From the NCBI GenBank assembly GCA_965213675.1, contig OZ243916.1, positions 3,744,001 to 3,808,000 of the forward strand: a DNA stretch of 64,000 bases. Direction: 5' to 3'. A model generated the notes under the pieces. It saw nothing but the letters and a program-made list of their open reading frames with translations. It had not been told where the DNA came from and did no database searches. Position 1 is the first letter of the stretch. Each line of letters opens with the position of its first letter. The translations under genes were made by a program, and so were the position numbers. Positions 53,719 to 62,796 of the stretch are shown one piece after another. Source of the stretch: an uncultured Candidatus Binatia bacterium (GTDB lineage: Bacteria > Desulfobacterota > Binatia > UBA9968 > JAJDTQ01).

Positions 53719-54759
53719 CTACGCGAGCCCGTAGAACCGCTTGGCGTTGTCGCAGAGGATCTTCCGCTTGAGGTCCGATGACAGGTCCGGACGTTCCAGG
53801 AACTCGGGAATGTCGGTGCCGAACTCCGACACGGCCTTCTCGTGGGGGTAGTCCGAGGGGTACATCAGGCAGTCCTCGCCGAACTCCCGCGCCACCACGT
53901 CGAGGATCCTCTCGTCCAACTCGCAGGTGACGAAGACGTTGCCTCCCTTGACGTATTCGCTGGGGAGCTTCTTCAGTGGGAAGTGCTTGCGCTTGCGGTC
54001 CACGTGAAACTTGTCGTCCATGCGCTCCATCATGTATGGGACCCAGCCGGCGCCGGCCTCCAGGTAGCCCACCCGCAGCTTCGGAAACAGTTCGAACACG
54101 CCGTCCAGCACCATGCTGGTCATCTGGATCATCTGCGCGATGGGGTGCTCCAGGGTGTGGATCATGGACATGGTCTGGAGGAAGTCGAAGCCCATGCCCT
54201 GGCTCGGCGCGCCGTGAATGGCCAACGGGGTGTCCAGCCGTTGCGCCTCCTCGTAGAGAGGATGGAAATCCGCGTGGCCGAAGCCCTTGTGCAACACGTT
54301 GACAGCGGGCAGCAGGCCGCCCACCATGCCTTGCCCGGTCACGGCGTGGCGCAGCTCCTCCACGGCCCGCGGCACGTCGTGCACCGGAAGGATGGCGACG
54401 CCCTTCAGACGCGGGCTCGTGCGCGTGTATTTGTCGTGGAACCAGTTGTTGTAGGCGCGCGCCAGGGCGCACGCCCAGTCGGCGTCCTGGATCAGGCCGA
54501 AGGCCAGCCCGGCGGTGGGATAGAGCACGGCCGCGTCGATGCCCGCGCCGTCGATGAACTCCAGCCAACCCTCCGGGGAGGTCTGGCTGGCCTTCTTCAC
54601 CCCCTTGACCGCGCCCCGGGGCCAGCCGTCCAGCGACGGGAACAGCCCGAACACCCTGTGCCTGCGGTGCCCCTCGTACGGGCCTTCGAAGTAGTCTTCC
54701 AGTTCGTCGTTGTCCTCGAGAATGTGCCCGTCGGCGTCGATGATGGGAACCTTGTCCAT
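53719..54759 (-). CDS. Amidohydrolase family protein
   Basis: IDADGHILE, LYPT, YLEAGAGW, SDYPHE; GAGGAGG SD. Confidence 0.88.
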   Translation of the reverse strand: MDKVPIIDADGHILEDNDELEDYFEGPYEGHRRHRVFGLFPSLDGWPRGAVKGVKKASQTSPEGWLEFIDGAGIDAAVLYPTAGLAFGLIQDADWACALARAYNNWFHDKYTRTSPRLKGVAILPVHDVPRAVEELRHAVTGQGMVGGLLPAVNVLHKGFGHADFHPLYEEAQRLDTPLAIHGAPSQGMGFDFLQTMSMIHTLEHPIAQMIQMTSMVLDGVFELFPKLRVGYLEAGAGWVPYMMERMDDKFHVDRKRKHFPLKKLPSEYVKGGNVFVTCELDERILDVVAREFGEDCLMYPSDYPHEKAVSEFGTDIPEFLERPDLSSDLKRKILCDNAKRFYGLA

Positions 54760-54833
54760 GGATCGGTCCTCCTCGGTGGGGTGTCCCACGCTGGCTCACT
54801 GGCTCCAATATGCGCCGAGTCTCAGGTTGGCTC

Positions 54834-55000
54834 CCAGGAGCCTGCGCCGCGGGAAGTCACGGCTGTCAATCCGCTCTCATCCGTCCCTTCGGCCGCTCGA
54901 TTTCGTCAAGCAGGACCTGAACTTCTCCTGAAGTCACCGGCCGGAGGGACGACGATAGCGAGTCTTCGCTTTCGCGAATGACTGCGGGGCAAGCTCCCGG
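54834..55000. mobile_element. MITE-like element, family B copy 1 (167 bp)
   Basis: Ends CCAGGAGCCTGCGCCGC / CTGCGGGGCAAGCTCCCGG; reverse-complement homolog of 56161-56327. Confidence 0.78.
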
Positions 55001-55168
55001 GGCGAAAAGCAACAAGGTATCGGATAATTCGAGCAAAGCAAGAGCCGGTGAATTCCCGGATGCCGTTCGCGCGGCGCGAGGGGTCGCGGCATTCTCCTCC
55101 TTGACATTGCGGGCCGGTCTCTCTAACTGTTCGGGATCAACCCGCATCGAATCAGCGAAGGAGTCAAT

Positions 55169-56164
55169 GTGAGTCTCAAGCTTGGCATCACCATCCCCAC
55201 GTACACTTGGCCGGACATGGACTACCGCATGGCGCGCACCGTGGTGCAGGACTATTCCCGGCGCACGGAGGCGCTGGGGTTCGATTCGCTGACGGTGTGG
55301 GATCACCTGACGGACGCGCCCGGGCTCTACGGCGGCTCGTGGATGGACCCGCTCATTTGCCTGTCGGCGGCGGCCGCGTGCACCGAGCGCATCAAGCTGG
55401 GGACCCACATCCTGGTGCTGCCGTTGCGCCATCCCGTATTGCTGGCCAAGGAGATCGCCACCCTGGACTACATTTCCGGCGGGCGTTTCTTCTTTGGCGT
55501 GGGACCGGGCTGGAGCAAGCCCGAATTCGACGCCATGGGCATTGACCTGCGCGAGCGCGGGCGCCGCACCGACGAGATCCTGGACGCGGTGAAGCGGTTG
55601 CTGACCGAGAAGCATGTCTCGCACAAGGGCGCGTTCTATGAGTTCGACGACGTCACCATCGACCCCCTGCCCCCCAAGTACCCGGAAGTCTGGGTGGCGG
55701 GCGGCTCGCGCATTCCCGACAAGCTGTCGCCGGACAAGCCCTACATGGTGAAGACCGTGATGCAGCGCATCGCCAGGCATGCCGACGTCTTCACGTGCCG
55801 CGCCTCGGGCAAGCTGGAGTGGGTCAGGCGCGACTTCGATACCGTGTCCGAGTTCTTGAAGTCCGTGGGGCGCGATCCCGCCACCCTGGGCTTCGGCCAC
55901 GTGCAGGCCACCTGGGTGGTGGACACCCAGGACCCGGAGGAGGCGCTGCGGCTCCAGCGTCCCCACATGGAGCGCATGATGGGCAGCAACCGGAGTTGGG
56001 AGCACCTGCAGGAGTGCTACATGGTGGGCAGCATCGATCAGATTGTGGAAAAGCTCAGGATACTCGAGAACGCCGGCATGGAACACGTTACCCTGCAACC
56101 CGCCGGCCCGGACATCGAGCAGGTGGAGTTGATCGCGGAGAAGATCAAGCCACATTTCGCCTAG
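55169..56164 (+). CDS. LLM class flavin-dependent oxidoreductase
   Basis: GFDS-x-x-VWDH, T-x-RIKLGT, RHPV-x-LAK-x-IATLD-x-ISGGR. Confidence 0.92.
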   Translation: MSLKLGITIPTYTWPDMDYRMARTVVQDYSRRTEALGFDSLTVWDHLTDAPGLYGGSWMDPLICLSAAAACTERIKLGTHILVLPLRHPVLLAKEIATLDYISGGRFFFGVGPGWSKPEFDAMGIDLRERGRRTDEILDAVKRLLTEKHVSHKGAFYEFDDVTIDPLPPKYPEVWVAGGSRIPDKLSPDKPYMVKTVMQRIARHADVFTCRASGKLEWVRRDFDTVSEFLKSVGRDPATLGFGHVQATWVVDTQDPEEALRLQRPHMERMMGSNRSWEHLQECYMVGSIDQIVEKLRILENAGMEHVTLQPAGPDIEQVELIAEKIKPHFA

Positions 56165-56327
56165 GAGCCTGCGCCGCAGGAACTCGCGAAAGCGAAAATT
56201 CGCTATGGCCGTCCCTTCGGCCGCTCGATTGAGGAGAAACTCAGGTCAAATTTGACGAAGTCGACCGGCCGAAGGGACGGATGAGAGCGAATTTGCCGCG
56301 GTGCATTCCTGCGGCGCAAGCTCCTGG
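56161..56327. mobile_element. MITE-like element, family B copy 2 (167 bp)
   Basis: CTAGGAGCCTGCGCCGCAGGAA ... TTCCTGCGGCGCAAGCTCCTGG; its CTAG contains the LLM stop; internal CGTCCCTTCGGCCG/CGGCCGAAGGGACG palindrome. Confidence 0.82.
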
Positions 56328-56358
56328 CGCGGTCGTCCGGGGGACAGGAGAACCGAAC

Positions 56359-57057
56359 GTGCGGACTTTGAACCTGACAGTGGTCGACGCCGGCGGCGGC
56401 CGCTCGGAGTTGGAGTTTCCGGTGGCGCGTATCCTGGATGCGGGCTTTACGGGCAAGAACCGGGAAGGGGCCATGAAGCACGTGGAGGAACTCAAGGCCC
56501 ACGGCGTGGCCGCGCCGGACCGCATCCCCGCCTATTTCGCGGTGACCCGGGAGATGGTCACCACCGACGATGAGATCGAGGTGCTGGGCGACGACACTTC
56601 CGGCGAGGTGGAAGTGGTGTTCCTGTTCCAGGGAGACGAGGTCTACATCGCCGTGGGCAGCGATCACACGGACCGGGAGCTGGAGAAGGACAGCATCCCC
56701 AAGTCCAAGGTCATCTGCCCCAAGGTGGTTTCCCGTGAGGTATGGAAGCTCGCGGACGTGAAGCCCCACTGGGAAAGGCTGAAGCTCCAGAGCTGGATCG
56801 ATGTGGGCGGCGCGCGCACCCTCTACCAAGAGGGGGCCTTGGCCGACTTTCTGACCGTCGACGACTTTCTTGACGGCGTGAGGGCCGTCGTGAAGGATGG
56901 GGCGCTGGACGGAATGGTGCTCTACATGGGCACCATGCCCAGCCTGGGCGGCGAGTTGCTGTTCTCGCCCACCTTCGAGGGACGCCTTTCCGACGAGGTG
57001 CTCAAGCGCGAACTGTCGCTCCGCTACCGCATAAGCCCCATCGACTGGCTCGCGTAG
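56359..57057 (+). CDS. DUF2848 family protein
   Basis: AG-x-TG...H-x-EEL...GV-x-x-P...P, TSGEVE, GSDHTDR-x-LE, SK-x-x-CPK. Confidence 0.85.
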   Translation: MRTLNLTVVDAGGGRSELEFPVARILDAGFTGKNREGAMKHVEELKAHGVAAPDRIPAYFAVTREMVTTDDEIEVLGDDTSGEVEVVFLFQGDEVYIAVGSDHTDRELEKDSIPKSKVICPKVVSREVWKLADVKPHWERLKLQSWIDVGGARTLYQEGALADFLTVDDFLDGVRAVVKDGALDGMVLYMGTMPSLGGELLFSPTFEGRLSDEVLKRELSLRYRISPIDWLA

Positions 57058-57123
57058 CCGCCCGGGCGGCTTGCACCCATAAGCGTTTCGAGGGACCGAG
57101 GAATCGAGAAATCGAGGAATATT

Positions 57124-57921
57124 GTGAGCGACCCACCCGCACCACCGATTCGTGTCGCCTCCATTCAGATGGGCATGGACGACGAGGGCAAGGCCTCCAA
57201 CATCCGGCGCGCCGCCGCGCTCATCGACGGTGTGGACGGGGCCGACCTGATCCTGCTGCCGGAAATCTGGAACGTCGGCTACTTCGCCTTCGACAACTAC
57301 GGCGCCGAGAGCGAGAGCCTGGCCGGCCCCACCGTGTCCATGCTGTGCGAGAAGGCCGCGGCCAAGGGCGTCTTTCTCTTCGGCGGCAGTTTCGTGGAGG
57401 AGGACGGCGGCGCCTTCTACAACACCAGCGTGCTCATCGACCGCCAAGGCGCAATCATCGGCACTTACCGCAAGATCCATCTCTTCGGCTACCAGTCCGA
57501 GGAAGCGCGCCTGCTGACGCGGGGCCAGACGCCCACGGTGGTGCACACGGAACTGGGCAGGTTCGGCTTGTCCACCTGCTACGACCTGCGCTTTCCGGAG
57601 TTGTATCGCCAGATGGCCGTGGCCGGCGCGGAGGTCTTTCTGGTGGCCTCGGCTTGGCCCTATCCGCGGCTCGAACCCTGGCTCCTGCTGAACCGGGTGC
57701 GCGCGCTGGAGAACCAGGTTTACCTGGTTTCCAGCAACTGCACCGGCAGCAACCGGGGCAAGGCCTTCGTGGGGCACAGCACCGTGGCCGATCCGTGGGG
57801 TACGGCATTGGCGGCCGCGGGTGACGGCGAATGCATCGTGCGGGCCGAATTGGATCTGGCCCGGATACCCGGGATCCGGACGACGTTTTCGGCATTCAAC
57901 GACCGGGTCCTGCTTGACTAG
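57124..57921 (+). CDS. Carbon-nitrogen hydrolase (nitrilase superfamily)
   Basis: E-K-C triad: LPE, YRKIHLF, TCYDLRFPE. Confidence 0.92.
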   Translation: MSDPPAPPIRVASIQMGMDDEGKASNIRRAAALIDGVDGADLILLPEIWNVGYFAFDNYGAESESLAGPTVSMLCEKAAAKGVFLFGGSFVEEDGGAFYNTSVLIDRQGAIIGTYRKIHLFGYQSEEARLLTRGQTPTVVHTELGRFGLSTCYDLRFPELYRQMAVAGAEVFLVASAWPYPRLEPWLLLNRVRALENQVYLVSSNCTGSNRGKAFVGHSTVADPWGTALAAAGDGECIVRAELDLARIPGIRTTFSAFNDRVLLD

Positions 57922-58082
57922 TGTGGTGTCTGGTTAATACGCGTCATAATGTGCGGAGGATTTTTAGTTGTCGGCAAGGCGCGATGACGAGCAGTGGCGT
58001 GTACCACGCGAGGAAGAGCAACGCAGCCGACGGCGAAAAAGACCCGCAGATTATGACGCGAATTAACCAGACACCACACTAG
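57918..58082. mobile_element. Complete MITE-like element, family A (165 bp), CTAG at both ends
   Basis: Perfect 21-bp inverted ends CTAGTGTGGTGTCTGGTTAAT, extending imperfectly to about 45 bp. Confidence 0.85.
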
Positions 58083-58150
58083 GAGCTTGCGCCGCAGGGA
58101 CGGATGAGAGCGGATTTGCAGCCGTGAATTCCTGCGGCGCAAGCTCCTGG
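58079..58150. mobile_element. Internally deleted family B element sharing its CTAG with the family A element
   Basis: CTAGGAGCTTGCGCCGCAGG-GACGGATGAGAGCG...-CCTGCGGCGCAAGCTCCTGG. Confidence 0.8.
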
Positions 58151-58193
58151 GACAACCCGGATCCATTGCCACTTGGACAAAGGAGAGGAACAG

Positions 58194-58547
58194 ATGCCCA
58201 AGGAAGAACGAGAGTTTTTCAACACCGACACCATCGACTGGCGCCCTGTGGGAGCCGGGTCGGGAGCCACCGCCGAAGGGGTCATGGAGAAGATCCTGAG
58301 CGAGGACCCGGACACGGGGGACTACGCCCGCATGGTCAACTTCCCTGCCGGCGTGGAAACCGACGAGACCGTGGTGCATGACTTCTGGGAAGAGGTCATC
58401 ATCCTCGAAGGCAGCCTCATCGACACCCGCCTCAACCAGGAGTTCACCAAGGGCATGTACGGCTGCCGCCCGCCGGGCATGGTGCACGGCCCCTACAAGA
58501 GCCCCAACGGCTGCATCACCTTCGAATGTCGCTACTACAAGAAGTGA
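58194..58547 (+). CDS. ChrR-like cupin domain protein
   Basis: HDFWEEV-x-ILEG...Y-x-CRPPGM-x-HGP; AAGGAG SD. Confidence 0.85.
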   Translation: MPKEEREFFNTDTIDWRPVGAGSGATAEGVMEKILSEDPDTGDYARMVNFPAGVETDETVVHDFWEEVIILEGSLIDTRLNQEFTKGMYGCRPPGMVHGPYKSPNGCITFECRYYKK

Positions 58548-58709
58548 CTCCAGCCGCGGGGCCGAGGCAATGTCCTGCGTCACCGGGCCGCTGACATGAC
58601 GATGCGAGTCCTGTTTGCCGCGTTCGTCCCGAGTTCTTCGACAGTGCTCGGAACGGGGCCTTCGACAACGCTCAGCACAGGTTCAGCGTAGCGAAGTCCA
58701 AGGACTGGC

Positions 58710-58885
58710 ATGCCGGATCATTGCAGGCTGCGGTCCGGTGACTGGCGCATCTTGTACAGGATCGAGAGAAGCGAGTGGCGCATTCTGGTCATCAAGATCG
58801 CTCCCCGAGGAGGAGTCTATCCGTGAAGCCTCAGATCATCACGAACAATGAGCCGAAGCCCGCCTTCGCGGTGATTCCCTACGGC
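58710..58885 (+). pseudogene. Relic RelE/HigB toxin C-terminus plus N-terminus of a coupled antitoxin
   Basis: RLRSGDWRILY...LVIKIAPRGGVY* (ends 58826), overlapping GTG-KPQIIT...KPAFAVIPY (starts 58823). Confidence 0.72.
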
Positions 58886-58890
58886 GCAGG

Positions 58891-60570
58891 CTACCAGGGT
58901 TTCAGATCCCCCTCCTCAAACGGAATCGGCTTCACCACCGGCTTCACTTCACCCCCGTCCTTCACCACCGAAATCCAGTTGAGGCAGTGCTGGTCGTCCC
59001 GTTCGGGGTAGTCGTCGCGGGTATGCTGGCCGCGTGATTCCTTGCGTTCGAGGGCGCAGGAGGCGACCATTTCGCCCACCCAGGAGAGGTTGGCGCATTC
59101 GAGGGACTTGATGAGGCCGCGGATGTTGCCGGCCTTGAGGCGCGGCACCTTTTCGTGGCGGATCTCCCGGAAGCGTTCCAACCCGGCGGCGAGGCCGCGC
59201 TCGTTGCGCACCACGCCAGTGCTCTCCCAGGCGATGTCCTTGATCTCTTCGTGCAGCTCGGCGGGGTCGAGTCCGTCCTCGCCCTTGAAGGCCTCGATGC
59301 GCGCGGCCTCGGCGGTCAGTTCGCCCGGCTCCAGCGCGCCCATCGCGGCGTCCGCCCCGTAGATGGCGGCGTACTTGCCTGAGCGGGCGCCCAACGCGAA
59401 GGCGCTGGCGATGGCGTTGCCGCTGAGGCGGTTGGAACCGTGGGTGCCGGTGGCGGACTCGCCCGAGGCGTAAAGCCCCTCGACTCCGGCCACCTCGCAA
59501 CGTTCGTTGATGTCGAGTCCGCCCAGGAAGGTGTGCAGCGCGGGCACCCACTCGAACCGGTCGGAGCGGGCGTTGACGCCGGCCTTGCCGAGCTTGGGAG
59601 TGTACTCGAACTGGATCTCGTCGTCCCATTTGTCGTCGGGGATGTAGGACGGATCGATGTAAACCGGGCCGCGCCCCTCGAGCATCTCCTTGTAGGTGGC
59701 GCCTACCAGGATCGCACGGGTGGTGCCTTCCAGCCGCGCCGGGTCGTATCGCTCCAGGAAGCGCTCGTTCCGCGAGTTGAAGAAGCGCCCGCCCTTGCTG
59801 GTGAAGGGAGACAGACCGGCCATGGAAATGGCCTGGCCGCCGGGGGCCGGGATCAGCGTGAACTCGAGGAATTCCAGGTTGGCCAGAGGCGCGCCGATGT
59901 CGAAGGCCGCGACATAGGCGTCGCCGGTGGTGAGGAAGTTGGCGCTGGTGTACTTCTGGATGCCGATGGCGCTGCCCGCGGCCAGCACCACGGCGCGGGC
60001 GCGGTAGGCGTGGACCGTGCCCTTCTGGACGTTGATGCCGAAGGCTCCGGTGACGCGGCCGTTCTTGCGCAGGAGCCTCGTGACCATGGTCCACTGGTGC
60101 ACCCGCACCTCGCGGTTGAAGACCTCCTTGCGGAGGGAGCCCAGCATGCCCACGCTGCCGCCCACTGGCGGGCAACTGCGCGCGAACGAACTGCCCAGGC
60201 GCTTCTCCTGGTAGAACTGCTTGCCGTCGGGGGTCTTCTTGAAGTGGAGCCCCAGTTCTTCCAGCTCCACGACACGGTCGGTCACTTCGTCGACGATGGC
60301 GCGCACGATCTTCTGGTTGGAGAGGTAGTCCCCGCCCACGATGGTGTCGCGGAAGTGCATGTCCTTGCTGTCGCGCGGGTCGGCGTGGGCAAAGGCTGCC
60401 TGCGGGACGCCGCCCGAGGTGGGGCTGGAACCGCTCCGCCCGAGCCGGCCCTTGTCCACCAGCACCACGTCCATGTTGCGCTTGGAAGCCTCCAGCGCCG
60501 CCATGCACGCGGCCAAGCCGCCGCCGATGATGAGAACGTCGCAGTCGGTGATGGGGATGGCGTCGCTCAT
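58891..60570 (-). CDS. FAD-binding oxidoreductase of the SdhA/FrdA/AprA/NadB superfamily
   Basis: DVLIIGGG-x-A, TTGD, GLYASGE, HGSNRL-x-GN, RKESRG-x-H-x-R-x-DYP. Confidence 0.88.
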   Translation of the reverse strand: MSDAIPITDCDVLIIGGGLAACMAALEASKRNMDVVLVDKGRLGRSGSSPTSGGVPQAAFAHADPRDSKDMHFRDTIVGGDYLSNQKIVRAIVDEVTDRVVELEELGLHFKKTPDGKQFYQEKRLGSSFARSCPPVGGSVGMLGSLRKEVFNREVRVHQWTMVTRLLRKNGRVTGAFGINVQKGTVHAYRARAVVLAAGSAIGIQKYTSANFLTTGDAYVAAFDIGAPLANLEFLEFTLIPAPGGQAISMAGLSPFTSKGGRFFNSRNERFLERYDPARLEGTTRAILVGATYKEMLEGRGPVYIDPSYIPDDKWDDEIQFEYTPKLGKAGVNARSDRFEWVPALHTFLGGLDINERCEVAGVEGLYASGESATGTHGSNRLSGNAIASAFALGARSGKYAAIYGADAAMGALEPGELTAEAARIEAFKGEDGLDPAELHEEIKDIAWESTGVVRNERGLAAGLERFREIRHEKVPRLKAGNIRGLIKSLECANLSWVGEMVASCALERKESRGQHTRDDYPERDDQHCLNWISVVKDGGEVKPVVKPIPFEEGDLKPW

Positions 60571-60803
60571 GTGCCTGCCGAAGAGGTGGGCTTGGTGGCC
60601 GTCGCCTTTCTCTTCCTGGGCTGCAGCACGACCTCGATGGCGTCTTCCGGACAGACGAGTTCGCACAGGAAACAGTTGACGCAGTACTTGTTGCCGAAGG
60701 GAAAAACCTTGTCTTTCTTGTTGGTGAAACGGAACACGTCGGCGCCGCAGTCGTAGACGCAGATGCCGCAGCCGTCGCACTTGTGGGGGTCCACTCGTAT
60801 CAT
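60567..60803 (-). CDS. 2[4Fe-4S] ferredoxin (AprB-like small partner)
   Basis: CDGCGICVYDC and CVNCFLCELVCP; ATGA overlap with the flavoprotein. Confidence 0.88.
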   Translation of the reverse strand: MIRVDPHKCDGCGICVYDCGADVFRFTNKKDKVFPFGNKYCVNCFLCELVCPEDAIEVVLQPRKRKATATKPTSSAGT

Positions 60804-60934
60804 GCATCACCCGATGGTTGGTGCCGATGACCCGAACGCGGAAATCTTTATTTCTCGAGTCAGGATCTAATGAATCAAGGAATTTAATGAATCGAGGACC
60901 TGTTCTCAACAACCCGCGGTATTCTGGACGCGAT

Positions 60935-62653
60935 CTACCTGGACAGCGACGATCTCCGTGAGCCGGCGAAACCGAGGCTGAGCGTGATTACTGGGGCGAG
61001 GCCCGCGGCGACGATGGCGAGGGCGGGAAGCGCCGCCTGCTCGAAGGCCTCGTAGGAGGCGTACTCGTACACGTGGGTTGCCAGGGTATTGAAATTGAAG
61101 GGCCGCAGGATCAGGGTCATGGGCAGTTCCTTCATGGCGTCGACGAAGACCAGCATCGCGCCGGTCATGAGGCTGCCCTGCAGCAGCGGGAAATGGATGC
61201 GGGCGAGCACGCCTCCCGGACGCTGCCCCAGGGAGCGGGCGGCCGCGTCCATGTTGGGCGTGATCTTGGTGAGACCCGCTTCCACCGAACCGAACGACAG
61301 GGCGAGGAAACGCACGGTGCAGGCGAACACCAGGGCGTACAACGTGCCGCTGAAGATCAGCCCGGTGGCCGTGCCGAAGTAGTGGCGCATGAAACCGTCC
61401 ACGAGGTTGTCCAGCGCCGCCGCGGGTATCAATACCCCCACCGCCAGCACCACCCCCGGGATCGCGTAGCCGATGCTCGCCAGGCGCGTGGCCGTGCGCA
61501 CGAAGGGGGTTCCGGACAGGCGCGCGCCGTAGGCGAGGAAGAGCCCGCCGCAAAGGCACGCCAGCGCGGCCACGCTCGCCACCGCCACGCTGTTGAAGGC
61601 GAGACCCAAGGTGCTGACGTCCACCGCGGCTTCGCTGCCGATGGCGGAGACGCCCAGCAGCGTGGCGGGAACCGCGAAGCCCAGGGCCACCGGCATGGCG
61701 CAGGCGAGGAACGCCAGAACGCCGCGTGTGCCGTGGAGGCACGCAATGGGGTCGCGCCGGGGCGCGGCCTGACTGAACTGGAAACGCCGCCGCCCGCGGG
61801 CGCTGTGTTCCAGCGCGGCCATCACCAGCACCAGGATCAGCACCATGGAGGCCAACTGCGCGGCGGCCGGCGCATTGTTCATCCCGAACCACACGCGGTA
61901 GACGCCGATGGTCAGCGTCTGCACCGCGAAGTAGTCCACGGTGCCGAAGTCGTTGAGGGTCTCCATCAGCGCCAGCAGCACGCCCACCACGATGGCCGGT
62001 CGCGCCAGCGGCAGGCCCACGCGCCTGAAGCAGCTCCAGGTACCGGCCCCGAGACCGCGCGCGGCGTCCCACAGGTTTTGGGTTTGCTCGACGAAGGCCG
62101 ATCGCGCCAGCAGGTAGACGTAGGGGTAGAGGACCAGCGACATGAACGTCGCGGCGCCCCCCAGGGAACGGATCTCGGGGAACCAGTAGTCGTCCGGGCG
62201 GTGCCAGTCGAAGAGTTGGCGCAGGCCCGTCTGCACCGGACCGGCGAACTCGAGCAGGTCGGTGTAGGCGTAGGCCGCGATGTAGGAGGGCATGGCCAGC
62301 GGCAGCAGCAACGCCCACTGAAGGACGCGCCGGCCGGGAAATTCGAACAGGGTGACCAGCCACGCGGTGCTCACGCCGATGATCAGCACGCCCGCGCCCA
62401 CGCCGGTGATGAGGAGCAGGGTCTGGCCGATATAGGTTCCCAGCACGGTGGCGGCCAAGTGCTCCCACGCGTCCCCGCTGTTGCCCAGGGCGATGCTGAA
62501 CACGGCCAGCAAAGGGCTGAAAAACAGTGCCGTAAGGGCGAGGATTCCGAGGGTCCAGGCGTTGAGCCGGGGAGACCGGAAGCGGGGGCTTGGGTCGGAA
62601 ACGTGCAGCGTGGCCGAGGCCCCGTCGCCGGCGGTGATCCAGGTGTCCTGCAT
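60935..62653 (-). CDS. Fe3+ ABC transporter permease (FbpB/FutB type), orphan in window
   Basis: LPLAMPSYI-x-AY-x-Y, LYPYVY, MET-x-NDFG, MKELP-x-TL-x-LRPFNF-x-TLA. Confidence 0.92.
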   Translation of the reverse strand: MQDTWITAGDGASATLHVSDPSPRFRSPRLNAWTLGILALTALFFSPLLAVFSIALGNSGDAWEHLAATVLGTYIGQTLLLITGVGAGVLIIGVSTAWLVTLFEFPGRRVLQWALLLPLAMPSYIAAYAYTDLLEFAGPVQTGLRQLFDWHRPDDYWFPEIRSLGGAATFMSLVLYPYVYLLARSAFVEQTQNLWDAARGLGAGTWSCFRRVGLPLARPAIVVGVLLALMETLNDFGTVDYFAVQTLTIGVYRVWFGMNNAPAAAQLASMVLILVLVMAALEHSARGRRRFQFSQAAPRRDPIACLHGTRGVLAFLACAMPVALGFAVPATLLGVSAIGSEAAVDVSTLGLAFNSVAVASVAALACLCGGLFLAYGARLSGTPFVRTATRLASIGYAIPGVVLAVGVLIPAAALDNLVDGFMRHYFGTATGLIFSGTLYALVFACTVRFLALSFGSVEAGLTKITPNMDAAARSLGQRPGGVLARIHFPLLQGSLMTGAMLVFVDAMKELPMTLILRPFNFNTLATHVYEYASYEAFEQAALPALAIVAAGLAPVITLSLGFAGSRRSSLSR

Positions 62654-62739
62654 CTGCTGGCTGCTCCGGCCGCGGCCGGCGTGATGCTGCGCGGTGCGGC
62701 CGAGGGCGCGACTGAAGCCCGCCCTGCGTCAGATGCGGG

Positions 62740-62768
62740 AGGCTAGCACAGGAAATCCCGTGACTCAA
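62740..62768 (-). promoter_or_regulatory. Putative sigma70 promoter of the iron permease gene
   Basis: TTGAGT-17-TAGCCT with extended TG. Confidence 0.45.
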
Positions 62769-62796
62769 ACCCTTGACGTTTGACTGATGGAACTTT

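Noticed and set aside
62654-62796. Riboswitch or Fur box upstream of the iron permease
   Set aside because: No cobalamin/TPP core motifs or GATAATGATAATCATTATC-like box seen; only a plain promoter candidate.
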